In this document: one piece after another, positions 10,940 through 22,745 of the stretch
How the letters are laid out: the number at the start of each line of letters is the position of its first letter
How positions within the stretch are numbered: the first letter of the stretch is position 1
Origin: Octopus bimaculoides
Lineage: Eukaryota
Length of the DNA stretch: 64,000 nt
Direction of reading: 5' to 3'
NCBI RefSeq assembly: GCF_001194135.2
Contig: NC_068991.1
Span: 7,978,924-8,042,923, forward strand
The notes under the pieces: model-generated
Databases searched by the model: none
What the model was told of the DNA's origin: nothing
What the model saw: the letters and a program-made list of their open reading frames with translations, nothing else
Translations under genes and position numbers: made by a program

Positions 10940-11549
10940 TTTTCGGATCTATTTTAAAATGGGGGCCACATTTTTCATCAATGTTTTACGTAGTGTTTTT
11001 GGTACAGAAAGACTTTCAAACNNNNNNNNNNNNNNNNNNNNNNNNNNNNNNNNNNNNNNNNNNNNNNNNNNNNNNNNNNNNNNNNNNNNNNNNNNNNNNN
11101 NNNNNNNNNNNNNNNNNNNNNNNNNNNNNNNNNNNNNNNNNNNNNNNNNNNNNNNNNNNNNNNNNNNNNNNNNNNNNNNNNNNNNNNNNNNNNNNNNNNN
11201 NNNNNNNNNNNNNNNNNNNNNNNNNNNNNCTCTATACCTTCGTTTTATTTGCCTTTTTCATTTAAAATTTGCTTTAACCCTAACCCTAACCCTAGGGTTA
11301 GGGTTAATTGTTTCAGAATCGTTTGTTTATGTAGTCGGCACTTAATGTATATCGGCTGAATGGACGTCAGTGATTGGTTGAAATTACAGAAATACGACAA
11401 CTTTAACATGGAATAAGTTATGGATTTCTTTTTTTTTAAGAAGACTAAGAGAAAAAGATGTTTTATATGACACATTCTACCAGTGTTCCAAGTTTCAAAG
11501 TGTTTCGTTAATGAAAAATGTGGCCCCCGTTTTAAAAAAGATCCGAATT
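10940..11549. mobile_element. Non-autonomous DNA element with ~39-bp TIRs and an internal inverted telomere-type repeat (spans an N-gap)
   Basis: Left TTCGGATCTATTTTAAAATGGGGGCCACATTTTTCAT (10942-10978) is the near reverse complement of right ATGAAAAATGTGGCCCCCGTTTTAAAAAAGATCCGAA (11511-11547). Internal TTAACCCTAACCCTAACCCTAGGGTTAGGGTTAA at 11274-11307. Confidence 0.75.
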
Positions 11550-12989
11550 TTCTTATATAACAAAACCCTGTACCACAATGATTCATAGTAAGTCTCAGAA
11601 CCTGGTGTTCAAAACCGAAGAAAATTCCCTCCCAGTTTATTAAGTAACTAATTAAACATATGAAAGACAGTCATCTCTAAGTAATTTGTGTCAGGGAACA
11701 GTTTTCTTAAATCCAACACCAGACAAATTTTCTTCAAACAGTTACATTTCCTGTTGATAGATATCTATTAACTCTGTTGATGGGTATCTATTAAGTGTGT
11801 ACGTGCGTGCGTGCATGTGTACGTGCGTGCGTGTGCACAGTATGAAGTCTCTATGCAGTAGTATTTATAGTAGTAGTGCCTGTAGTTAGTTTGTACTGTT
11901 TCTGCCACACTGCTCTAATTAATGCCACCAGCCACTGGCTAACCCTCTTTCATCATCATCATCATCATCATTTAATGTCCGCTGTCCATGCAAGCATGGG
12001 TTGGACGATTTAACTGAGGACTGGCTTGTCTCTCTTGAAAGTGCCAACGATATGCTCTCTGGATTTGAATAATTGACCCCTGGTTTGGTAGAACAATTTC
12101 ACCACTTGGGTGCATGGTGTGGTGCCATATTTTTCCATAATTAATTTTCAGGACCTGGTCCATAAAATCCCAGAAAAGAAAAGAAAAATATCAAAAAAAT
12201 AAAGTGTTATCAAAAATTGCAATCCCTTGATGAGTTTTGGGCCACCCTGTATATGAATGTGTGTGAGCTACTGTCTTCATGCCTTGACATTGTATGATGG
12301 TTGTAAACAAGCATTCTTGTCATGTAAGCGGTGTCCTTCATTGCCAATCTTATAGAAGTATAATCCTTGTGAGAGCATTCGGTCTGTCATGGTCAATGCG
12401 ACAATCACACGCTACACACCTTCCTTCCAAGCATTGCTATAAACAGCAGAAGTTAGCTAGAACGTTAAAACTTAGTGCACATGCACAGCAGAGTTCAAGG
12501 TCAATCTGTGCCAAGCAGCTTCACTCTGTGTGCTTTAGCTTCGTTACTATAGCAATAGTCCGGATACTTATTGATCAGACCCTGTCTTAGTTAACACTAT
12601 AATACTAACTCAAATAAAAAGCCTTATGGATTTGTTTACTTTGAAGTGGGGCTACCCATAAATGAAATGTTCCAAGCAGGCTACACCAACAAATGTCATT
12701 GCAAACTAGGTAGGCTCTGATTCTATAGCCTCTCTCTTTCTCCCATTTCTTTTTGTTCTTGTGTTTCAGTCCGGCTGCCTCTGTGTCTCTGTAGCACTCT
12801 CTCTTTCTTCCCCCCCCCCGTCTCTCTCTCAGCCAATAACCCTAGTTCTAACCCGATTTTCATTCTGTAAAGCAAGAGCATACCTCTATCACAGGATGGT
12901 TTCACCACTGGCAAGGCTGGTTACATGTGATCTGTCTGTTAGATTGGGTTACTTCCACTCCCACGGCTAGCCAGAGGAAGTGGGGAAAG

Positions 12990-13265
12990 GGGAAGAGGAA
13001 CAGGCAGAATGAGTGGTGATGATGGGGTGGAGGGGGGCCATGACGACCAGGAAGATGAAGATGGCGATGACGGTGATGATGATGATGAAGACAAAGAAGA
13101 AGTAGAAGTGGTGGAGGGTGAGGAGAAGAAAGGAGGAAAAGAACGAGGAGGAGGTGGAGTATAAGGAAGAGGAAGGAGGAGGATGAGAATAATAATAAGA
13201 AGAAGACTTCATCGCCACCGATGATGATGATGATGATGATGATAAAGAAGAAAAAGAAGATTGAA
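12990..13265. repeat. Purine-rich degenerate (GAT/GAG/GAA)n tract
   Basis: Seen directly in sequence. Confidence 0.85.
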
Positions 13266-13829
13266 GAATCGGAGAAAAGAAAATACAGTTATCAAAAGAT
13301 AATGAAAAAGTAGATAGTTTCTTGTAGAAGCTAAGATGTCCCTGTAAGGACCAGCAGTATATTATGCTTAACACCAAAAGAAGCTAACGACACACTAATA
13401 GACTGAGATGACTTATTAGGTATCATTAGCCTATTAAATGTCATTTATATGGGACAGTTTAGAAAAGGAATAATAACAATAATAATAATAATAAATGATA
13501 AATTATAAAATGCTGACCTGGCATTGTGGTAATAAAAAGTAGTGTATAAGAGGGTGAGGTGGGGCTGTCAGGTGAAGTGAGGGTGGTTGGAGGGGCGTGA
13601 ATAATTAAACTGGAATTATGGGAAAAGGAATGAGAAAAAGAATGTAAGAAATATAAAAAAGATATAAAGCCAAGAAAAAGAAGATGAAAAAGAAAATATA
13701 GTTGACTTATAGATGAGAGGAGCAAGGCTGATTGGTAGATAAAGAAATAGAACATGGAATGTGATAAGGAAAGAAGAGTGGAAGCTATGTGTGATTTAAG
13801 TGTAGCTAAATTAAGCCCTAAGTCTTTCG

Positions 13830-14412
13830 TTAACCCTTTTGTTAAGATATTTCTAATGAAATACACTGCTATTGGCTTCATTAATTTTGAAAATAATAAA
13901 AAAATTTGCAAAATAATTGATTAAAGTTTAGCTGAATTAAGGTCTAAACCTTTTGTTACCATATTTCATAGCTTTTGTTTCAGTTCTTTTTGAAAATGAT
14001 GAAGAATTTTGTAAAATAATCATTATTGTTAAACTGGCGTTTGGGACATTAAGTTAACAGGAAATTTTGAAGAAAGATTTCAGTTTAGATCACTTTAACC
14101 ATTTAGCATTCAGATTCCTCTGTCAAATGAATCACATTGTCAACCCATGCCAGCATGGACAACATATGTTAAATAATGATGATTATGATGATGACAATAA
14201 TGATATCTCATAGCTTTGAGATTTCAATGATGTGATTGTTCATTTTAAGGATGACATTGTAAGGTACATCTGAGGGGCTGAATCTGGCTAGTTTGGACAT
14301 AAAACAGGTAAAAACAGATATTTTGGTCAATTATGGCTGGATTAAATTCGAAAGGATTAATGCATGATGTTTGTATCACCAAAGCAAGGCTGGTTGGTAC
14401 CAAAAGGGTTAA
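13830..14412 (+). mobile_element. Nested piggyBac-like MITEs: family P2 (outer) containing family P1 (14095-14360), which contains a retroposon tail (~14138-14205)
   Basis: Outer ends TTAAcccttttgtt.. and ..caaaagggTTAA. The inner element is bounded by TTAA at 14095-14098 and 14357-14360. Other P2 copies lie at ~42225-42450, ~56720-56930 and ~57025-57200. Confidence 0.7.
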
Positions 14413-14680
14413 TCACAAAGTATTTGTTGTTGTTGTTGTTGTTGTTGTTGTTGCTTAGTCTCAAGTTAGTCCTGGATGATTAAAAGCTTTCTGGTTCTGA
14501 CCCCAGCTGAATACCTTTCTGTTTTTTATCCTTTTGCTCAATGCAGTCATTGGACCTTCGGTGAGTGTCTTCTACGATAACCCCTGGCTGACAAAAGGCT
14601 TGTGAGTGGATTCAGCAGACACAAACTGAAAAAAGGACCCATAGTATACATACACGTATGTGTTTGTGTGTGTGAGTGTG

Positions 14681-14713
<33 letters not shown>

Positions 14714-15614
14714 GTATGTATGCAGGTAAATGGATATGTAAGTAAACAGATAGGTACATAGGTAATATGGACAGACAAGCACACACATACATACATACAT
14801 ATGTGTATACACATGCACACACATGTGCACACACATGTGCACAAACAAACAAACAAAAAGAACACAGCTCTGATAGTGGACAGAGTCAATGACTATTAAA
14901 ATGGTTGGAAGAATCAATGAAAATTTAAGGAAAAAAAAAATAAGTAAGCAAATGAGTGGAAATCGAACCGGTGTGTGTGTGTTAAATATCAAAGCACAAA
15001 ATGAGAATGACCCTCCCCAGACACAGTAAGATTAAAGATAGTTTTATGTTCAAATTCTACTCTAAATCACTTTTCAGTTGATCAAATGAAGTTCCCCTCA
15101 AATGATTGAAAATCACTCTGAACTTGACCCAAAAAAATGTTAACATTTCCCAAATTTTAGGGCAGGTCTTCGTGTAACGAGACTTAATGAATCAAATTTT
15201 CTTTCCTTCTGATGTCAACATAAAAAAATTACCTGAAGGTGTTGTTCAGTTACCATAGTGACAAGCTTATTCTGATGTACCAGTTCTATTTATAGTCAAG
15301 AAATGTAAGCTCAGTTTGTAAGGTTTAAGCTTGAATTTTCTCACAGTCGATAATAATAGCCAAGAGTTCAGTGTTTGTGATTTAGGTTGGGTCATGACTC
15401 ACCTCAATACAAAGGTTCCTCATTCTTTAATATGTATATGCATATTTGTGTGTGTGTTTGTGAGTATGTGTGTGTGTGTATAAATAGACATATACATAAA
15501 TACATACATATACACACACACATACACACATATACATACATGCATTCATACACACGTATGTGTGTATATAAATATATATGTATATATGATATACATGTAT
15601 AGTATATGTATTCA

Positions 15615-15790
15615 TAGGCACAGGAGTGGCTGTGCGGTAAGTAGCTTGCTTACCAACCACATGATTCTGGGTTCAGTCCCACTGTGTTGCACCTTGGGCA
15701 AGTGTCTTCTAAACGGCAGACAAAATACTGCTCAGTATTTCGCCCGGCGTGCTAACGTTTCTGCCAGCTCGCCGCCTTGTTTAACCCAGT
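15615..15790. mobile_element. SINE A head (+) abutting a SINE C head (-)
   Basis: ggcacaggagtggctgtgcggtaagtagcttgc..gggcaagtgtcttcta followed by the reverse complement of ggcggcgagctggcagaaacgttagcacgccgggcgaaatactgagcag. Confidence 0.75.
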
Positions 15791-17356
15791 TTGTATGATG
15801 TATAAGTGACTGATATTACAACACTTAACTCTGGATGAGAAAACAGTCCATCACAAAGTTAACTCCCCAGTTATTGCTGAAACTCATTTACAGCTGAGTT
15901 GAATGGAGCAACATGAAATGAAACGTTTTGCTTGAGAATACAATGCGTCGTCCCGTCCAGGAATTGAACCTGCAGTCTTGTGATCATGAGTGCAACACCC
16001 CAGCTAGTGAGCAATGTGCCTTCACAAGAGATAAATTGGTAGTTTCTACATTACTGGTAGACAAGTGATGGATCGATTGGTTATCTTTTCATCATTGCTT
16101 TTGTTTCTTTAGTCATTTTAGGAAGCAATTTCTGTTCTATCAGTAAGATACCATTTTGGAACTTTTTACTTGTTTCTTAGTCATTCAAAAGAGAATGGAA
16201 ACTTGATGTTATTTGATTGGGAATCTATTAAAAGATTAACATCAATAATATTTTATATTATGAATTAAATGACTTTTCTAATGGCTGAAACCATTCAGAT
16301 CAGAGCAGCATGTTACAAATTAATTTAATGCTTTGAAGAAATAGCTTTCATTTTCTGTTGTTCTAACATAGTCATCTAACAAGCTATTATTTTTCGTGTG
16401 TTTCCATTATTTTCAAAAATACGTTTCCAAAAATATTTTTAATTGCCACTTACCCACTTCTGTATCGTAACTGTGTGTCATATTTTAATATTGTATTGAT
16501 AGTTCTCTACTAAGTATGGAAGTTCTGTATTACTATATTGTCTTAAGATTACCCTCTATAAGTGTTACTATCATCATTGTCATCAACCCCTGGACATTGC
16601 TGTTTGAAGGTCTAGGACTCATACGACCAGTTACCTGGTTCCCAGGGCTTTTATAAGTGACTGAGATCACAATATTCCCCTTGTATGGCCACACCAGTTC
16701 ATTACCTGGTTACTCATTTACAGGTGAGTGGATTCGATCAGTGAGAAAATGAAGTGTTTTGTTCAAGAACTCAATGCACTGCCCAGTCCAGAAATCAAAA
16801 CTATAATCTTGTGATCATGAGTACAACTCCCTGACCACTAGGACACACGTCCTCCTATATAAGTATGGAAGTTGTGCTTTACTTAAACATTGTTTTGAAA
16901 GCACTCTACATAAGTTATGGGATGTAGGAGTTGTATGGAGTTGTATCATATTAACAACAAACAAGATGAGGACAAATATCCATCAAATGTAAATAATGTA
17001 TAAGTGTGGATGTTGTGTCTTTGTTGTTGTTGTTGTTGTTATTTTTGTATATGTTTATCTTTCAGTTCTTTAAACCATATATGATTAAGTGACATGGTGG
17101 TCTTTGACAATATCTGGGGGATTTGTCTTAAGCTCCTCTGCTTACATGAATAGACTTCTCCCACAGTATGGTCACATTGTTCATTCACTGGTATTAATTA
17201 TTGTATGGTTTTGAAATCTCCAACTGTACCATGTCTGTTTATATGCTTCCTTTTACCCAAAATCAGGCAGCTAGAAACAATATGATCGATTATTTCTTCA
17301 AAGTCTTCAAGTATTTTCCCACTTACCTTTTGTACTCTGTTTTACTACATAATACA

Positions 17357-17578
17357 GAAGGCAGCGAGTTGGAAGAAACATTAGTGTGCTGGACGAAATG
17401 CTAGGTGGTATTTCGCCTGTTGCTATGTTCTGAGTTCAAATTCCGCCGAGGTCAACTTTGCCTTTCATCCTTTCAGGGTCGATAAAATAAGTACCAGTTG
17501 AACACTGCGATCAGTGTAATCGACTCATCTTCTCCCCCAAAATTGATGCCCTTGTGGCAAAATTTGAAACCATTATAT
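17357..17578 (+). mobile_element. tRNA-derived SINE family C (Meta-domain-like), full length
   Basis: Head gaaggcagcgagttggaagaaacattag..ttctgagttcaaattccgccgagg, then ctttgcctttcatcctttcagggtcgataaaataagtaccagt. The central motif resembles the Meta-SINE domain from memory. Further copies at ~34075-34180, 38875-39030, 40400-40490, 43890-44110 (-), 48990-49130 (-) and 61240-61400 (-). Confidence 0.75.
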
Positions 17579-17599
17579 GATACAGGAATTTTCTTCATT

Positions 17600-17956
17600 T
17601 TATCTTTTACTTGTTTCAGTCATTTTTTTTTTTCAGCCTGGAACTTATTCTATTGTTCTCTATTGCTGAACTTCTAAGCGATGGGGATAATACTGCTTGT
17701 CAAGCGGTGGTGGGGACAAACACACACAAACATACACATGGATATAAAAAAAAGAAAGCTTCCAAAATAGACACNNNNNNNNNNNNNNNNNNNNNNNNNN
17801 NNNNNNNNNNNNNNNNNNNNNNNNNNNNNNNNNNNNNNNNNNNNNNNNNNNNNNNNNNNNNNNNNNNNNNNNNNNNNNNNNNNNNNNNNNNNNNNNNNNN
17901 NNNNNNNNNNNNNNNNNNNNNNNNNNNNNNNNNNNNNNNNNNNNNNNNNNNNNNNN

Positions 17957-17995
<39 letters not shown>

Positions 17996-18140
17996 TTATG
18001 TCTTTGTGTCTGTGTTTGTTCCCCACCTCCATCACTTGACAACCGATGTGGATGTGTTTATGTCCCTGTAACGTAGCAGTTCAGCAAAAGAGGTCGATAG
18101 AATGAGTACTAGGCTTACAAAGAATAAATCCTGGGGTCTG
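17600..18140. mobile_element. Two SINE A 3' halves in inverted orientation flanking an N-gap
   Basis: 17600-17745 is the minus-orientation tail/body and 17995-18140 is the plus-orientation body. Confidence 0.7.
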
Positions 18141-18829
18141 TTAAAAATTTTATGATTCATTGGAAAGTCAAAAAGGATTAAATTAATGATTTCTTTCATT
18201 ATTTTGTTCTTACATTCAAATTGTGGGTTGGATTGACTTATAGAATGTTTCTATATCTATTCTTGTATTCTAGAATATCAGGGCTAACAATCTAATGAAT
18301 TTTATCCATAAATCCTTCACTGCATAGTATCTTGTTACAATAATGAGAAGTACTCCTAACAACAGCTTCATTTATGGACAATGACAGGAAAGGCATACTT
18401 GTATTGAGAATTACATTTTGTAAAATATTAGTTAAGCAATTAAATCTTTTATTTGTTTGAATAATTTCTCATTAAGTTTGTTTTTTTTTTGGTTTTTTTA
18501 TATAAAGATGGAATTTATTTATATCTAAGTTTAAACTAACAGCTAAAAATTAACAATACTAAAATTATTGGTGACTGTAATCCTTAAACTTATTTCCCTA
18601 ATCAATCTTACTAGGATTTTTTTAAAGTTTATTTTATTGTCCAAAAATAAGAGCTACCTTTCCCGGGAAATTATTTTTTTTTATACAGGCAGTTTAAATG
18701 GTAAATTTCAATAATTTTGCAAAAATATTTTCCTCAAGTTCCATCATTAATAATTGTCTAAAGCTTGGAGATGAAAAACCAACATAATGATTTGTGAAAT
18801 TTTAATTTCCAGTAAAGATATATATACAT

Positions 18830-19015
18830 AATGTGTGTGTGTACATATGTGTTTGTATGAGTGTATATGTGAGCTTTTCTGTGTATGTATGTATGTATAT
18901 CTGCATACACATACACACACATACATACACACACATACATACACACATGCATATGCAAGCATGCACACACATATATACATACATGCACACACACACACAC
19001 ACAGGTATACACATG

Positions 19016-19078
<63 letters not shown>
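18830..19078. repeat. Compound (GT)n/(CA)n microsatellite
   Basis: Seen directly in sequence. Confidence 0.9.
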
Positions 19079-20114
19079 CATTTACTCCACCTGCTTTTTG
19101 CATTTAATTATTATTTTCCCATCAGCAAATTTTCTCTTCAAATTATTATTTTTTTCTTAAAAACTTTCAATCTCCCTTTAATTTAACTTTAATGCCAATG
19201 TTAGTTAAATTTTCACTTTATTTATCTTAATTAATTTCTGATTTTATTTCTTTTTATTCTTTTGCTTTTTAATTGCCTTTCCTGACTTTCATTCATATCC
19301 ACATTATTGTTTATCTTTTACTTGTTTCAATCATTGGACTGTGGCCATGCTGGGGCACCACCTTGAATTTTTAGTTGAATGAATTGACATCAGTACTTAT
19401 ATTTTTTAAAATCGTGGTGCTAATTCCATTGATCTTTTAAGCCAGATCCCTAAGTTATGAGGATATAAACAAACCAACACCAATTGTTAAGTTTTGGTTG
19501 GGAACAAACACACATACACACACGATGAGCATTTCTTAGTTTCTGTCTTCCAAATCTATTCACAAGACTTTGGTCGACACAAGTGGTGGCGGTGGTAGAG
19601 ATGGTTGGGTGTTGTTTGAGAGAGATTTTGGTTGTTATTTCCAGCAGATCGAGTAATGGTACAAAATGTCTGCAATGAAAGCATAATGGCAATGACTGGA
19701 ACCTCTTAAGAGATCAAACGTCTGTTTAACCAAAAGAAACCTTGGGCTGAACAACAACAACAACAACAACAATATCACTGCAATGGTTGTGAAATTTAAA
19801 TATTTTTAGCAGAATCTGTTTACAAGACAAAACAAAACAAAAAAAGAAAAGAAAACTAAAAAAAGAAATGGGAGTTAGTTAAAAACTCCACCCACTAGTT
19901 TTTTTTAAAGAAGGTTTATGGTAATTTAAGTAAATGTCTGAGCTACATTAATAGAATTCTCTGAGATTTTATCCTAGGGGATGCTGAGTATTTTGGTTAG
20001 CAAACACACAAACATGTACATATATATTTACATATATGTGTGTAGGTGTGTGTGTGTGGTTGGGGGTGGGGGTGGGAGTGTTTACACACACATACACACT
20101 CACATATATATATA

Positions 20115-20805
20115 CTCTTTTACTCTTTTACTTGTTTCAGTCATTTGACTGCGGCCATGCTGGAGCACCGCCTTTAGTCGAATCAAATCGACCCAATGAC
20201 TTATTCTTTGTAAGCCTAGTACTTATTCTATCGGTCTCTTTTTGCCGAACCGCTAAGTTACAGGGACCTAAACACACCAGCATCGGTTGTCAAGCGATGT
20301 TGGGGGGACAAACACAGACACACAAACATATACACACATATACATGNNNNNNNNNNNNNNNNNNNNNNNNNNNNNNNNNNNNNNNNNNNNNNNNNNNNNN
20401 NNNNNNNNNNNNNNNNNNNNNNNNNNNNNNNNNNNNNNNNNNNNNNNNNNNNNNNNNNNNNNNNNNNNNNNNNNNNNNNNNNNNNNNNNNNNNNNNNNNN
20501 NNNNNNNNNNNNNNNNNNNNNNNNNNNNNNNNNNNNNNNNNNNNNNNNNNNNNNNNNNNNNNNNNNNNNNNNNNNNNNNNNNNNNNNNNTATTGTTTCAG
20601 TCATTTGACTGTGACCATGCTGGAGCACTGCCTTTAGTTGAAGAAATCGACCCCAGGACTTATTCTTTGTAAGCCTAGTACTTATTCTATCGATCTCTTT
20701 TGCTGAACCGCTAAGTTACGGGGATGTAAACACACCAGCATCGGTTGTCAAGCGATGTTGGGGGGACAAACACAGACACACAAACATATACACACATATA
20801 CATGT
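20115..20805 (-). mobile_element. Two tandem SINE A 3' portions separated by an N-gap
   Basis: 20115-20346 and 20591-20805 carry the same module but differ at several positions (e.g. gactgcggcc vs gactgtgacc). Confidence 0.75.
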
Positions 20806-20815
20806 ATATATAAAT

Positions 20816-20933
20816 ATACAATATAAACAAACGGAAGAAGGAAAAGGAAAGAAAACAATATATTGGGCTTCTAGATTCTTTGAGTAAGCCATGTTTTCTT
20901 TCTTTTTCCTTCTTCCTTTTGTTTATATTGTAT
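20816..20933. repeat. Inverted repeat/hairpin with 42-bp arms and a 34-nt spacer
   Basis: ATACAATATAAACAAACGGAAGAAGGAAAAGGAAAGAAAACA (20816-20857) versus TGTTTTCTTTCTTTTTCCTTCTTCCTTTTGTTTATATTGTAT (20892-20933): 2 differences, one of which is a G.U wobble on the + strand. Confidence 0.9.
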
Positions 20934-21303
20934 GCTCTTGTTTTTCACTCTGATGAAGATCTGTTGCTTTAATTCAAATGCCCTACGAAGATGAAGAATT
21001 CTATTCTCACATAGACTGTCGTCCAACCCATGCTAGCATGGAAAGCGGACGTTAAACGATGATGATGATGATGATGATGATGACTGCATTCTGGCAATCT
21101 GATTACCAATGGCCATAAGATATGTTACATCACCTGTCTTGTTATGTGATGCTTTGTATTAAAAATTAAGCTATGAATGTGGGCCAACCGGTGTGTTGGT
21201 TGATCTGTGGTTTTTTCCATTTTCTAATTATTTCTTAATATGCTGGTCACCTTATCAGTGGCCAACATATTAAAATACCTTTTAAGGTGAAAATTATAAG
21301 CAG

Positions 21304-21786
21304 TTATAAATAAGGGCAAAAGAAAAAAATTTTCTATGCCAGTATGCTGAAAAATAGACTTTTTTTATGTGCCCTTTTAAAGCCTAGCCAGACTCATGGG
21401 TCCGGTTTCCCTGTTTCTGTGGCGTATGTGTTCCACCAAGCTGGACGGGACGCCAGTCCATCGCAGCGTTACTCAAGAAACAGGAAGAAAGAGTGAGAGA
21501 AAGTGGGGGCGAAAGAATATAACGGGGGTCGCCACCACCCCTCTGCCAGAGCCTCGTGGAGCTTTAAGTGTTTTCGCTCAATAAACACACACAACACCCG
21601 GTCTGGGAAGCGAAACCACGATCCTCCGACCACGAGTTCGCTGCCCTAACCACTGGGCCATGGCGCCTCCAAAATAGACTTTAGATCATCTAAAATATTG
21701 TATGTGGTTAGACGATCTAAAGTCTATTATATAGCATATTGGCATAGAAAATATAGAAAATGTCTTTCTTTTGCCCTTATTTATAA
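21304..21786. mobile_element. AT-rich foldback MITE interrupted by a SINE insertion
   Basis: Left arm ttataaataagggcaaaagaaa..ttttctatgccagtatgct and right arm agcatattggcatagaaaa..tttcttttgcccttatttataa. Inner stem aatagactttagatcatctaa / ttagacgatctaaagtctatt. Confidence 0.75.
21363..21670 (-). mobile_element. Full-length tRNA-derived SINE family B with poly(A) tail and 12-bp TSD
   Basis: Minus-strand head ggaggcgccatggcccagtggttagggcagcgaactc..ggtttcgcttccc, body gatggactggcgtcccgtccagc, tail cacataaaaaaa. TSD AAAATAGACTTT at 21351-21362 and 21671-21682. An older copy lies at ~57480-57820. Confidence 0.9.
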
Positions 21787-22461
21787 TTATATATATATAT
21801 ATATATATATATAGATTTTATAATAATTTCTGCATGTTTCTTTGCTTATGTTTGCCGTTTTTGTGGGGTTTTTGTTACTTTGTTTTTTTTATCATAATTT
21901 CTTTTTCCTCCCATTTGTGATCTTCACAGTTTGTTCCTTTTTTTCCTGCATAATATTTAAGCAGTTGCACAATTGTTTCCCTTCTCAAAGAAACTCTCTA
22001 AACTTAAATTTGATATAATCTTGTATGAAATATAAGAGGTATACAAAACACAAACAGTTTAGGATCACCTGGTATTGTTACAAAAAGAAGTTAGTTGTGT
22101 CACCATTAAAATATTTCAATGTTTCCCAGCTTTGGTTGATGTTACAGAATAATTGTGAAATATTGAAATTCGTTTCAAAAGTTAAAGATAAATATTTTTT
22201 AATGACATCAAAGCTATGTAAACATGACATCATAATGACTGACAAAGTTTTTTCTAACGAGCTAGTATAGAATAAGCCAGACTTTTATTCATATTTTCAT
22301 TAAAGGAATATTTTCTCTCTCTTCTACTGATGTGGAGAAACTAATTTAATTTTGTAGTAGTAGTAATTTTTTTTAAGTTTGACTTTTTAAACACATGGAC
22401 ACCCGAGGTAAATTTGAAATCTCTGATAAAAATGCATAAGTTACAAATATTGAAATGATTA

Positions 22462-22570
22462 TATATGTGTGTGTGTGTGTGTGTGTATATACATACATGC
22501 ATACATATATGTATACATATATATATATATATGTGTGTGTGTGTATATATATATGTGTGTGTGTGTATAT

Positions 22571-22601
<31 letters not shown>

Positions 22602-22671
22602 AATATATATTATATATAAATATATATTATATATAAATATATATTATATATAAATATATATTATATATAAA

Positions 22672-22718
<47 letters not shown>

Positions 22719-22745
22719 CACACACACATATGTATGTGTGTATCT
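22462..22745. repeat. (TA)n/(TG)n compound microsatellite with a 15-bp TATATAAATATATAT higher-order unit
   Basis: Seen directly in sequence. Confidence 0.9.

Noticed and set aside
11274-11307. Telomere-fusion scar
   Set aside because: The repeat order is (CCCTAA)n-(TTAGGG)n, opposite to a fusion junction. There are only 5 units, inside a TIR-bounded element.
12090-12253. Possible Tc1/mariner remnant ending ggccaccctgTA
   Set aside because: Only one TIR-like end and no convincing transposase motif. Too weak to call.
21590-21670. tRNA gene calls for tRNA-like A/B-box sequences (also at 3205, 10035, 17357, 57760 and others)
   Set aside because: They are SINE heads, directly continuous with SINE bodies, and I could not fold a complete cloverleaf.
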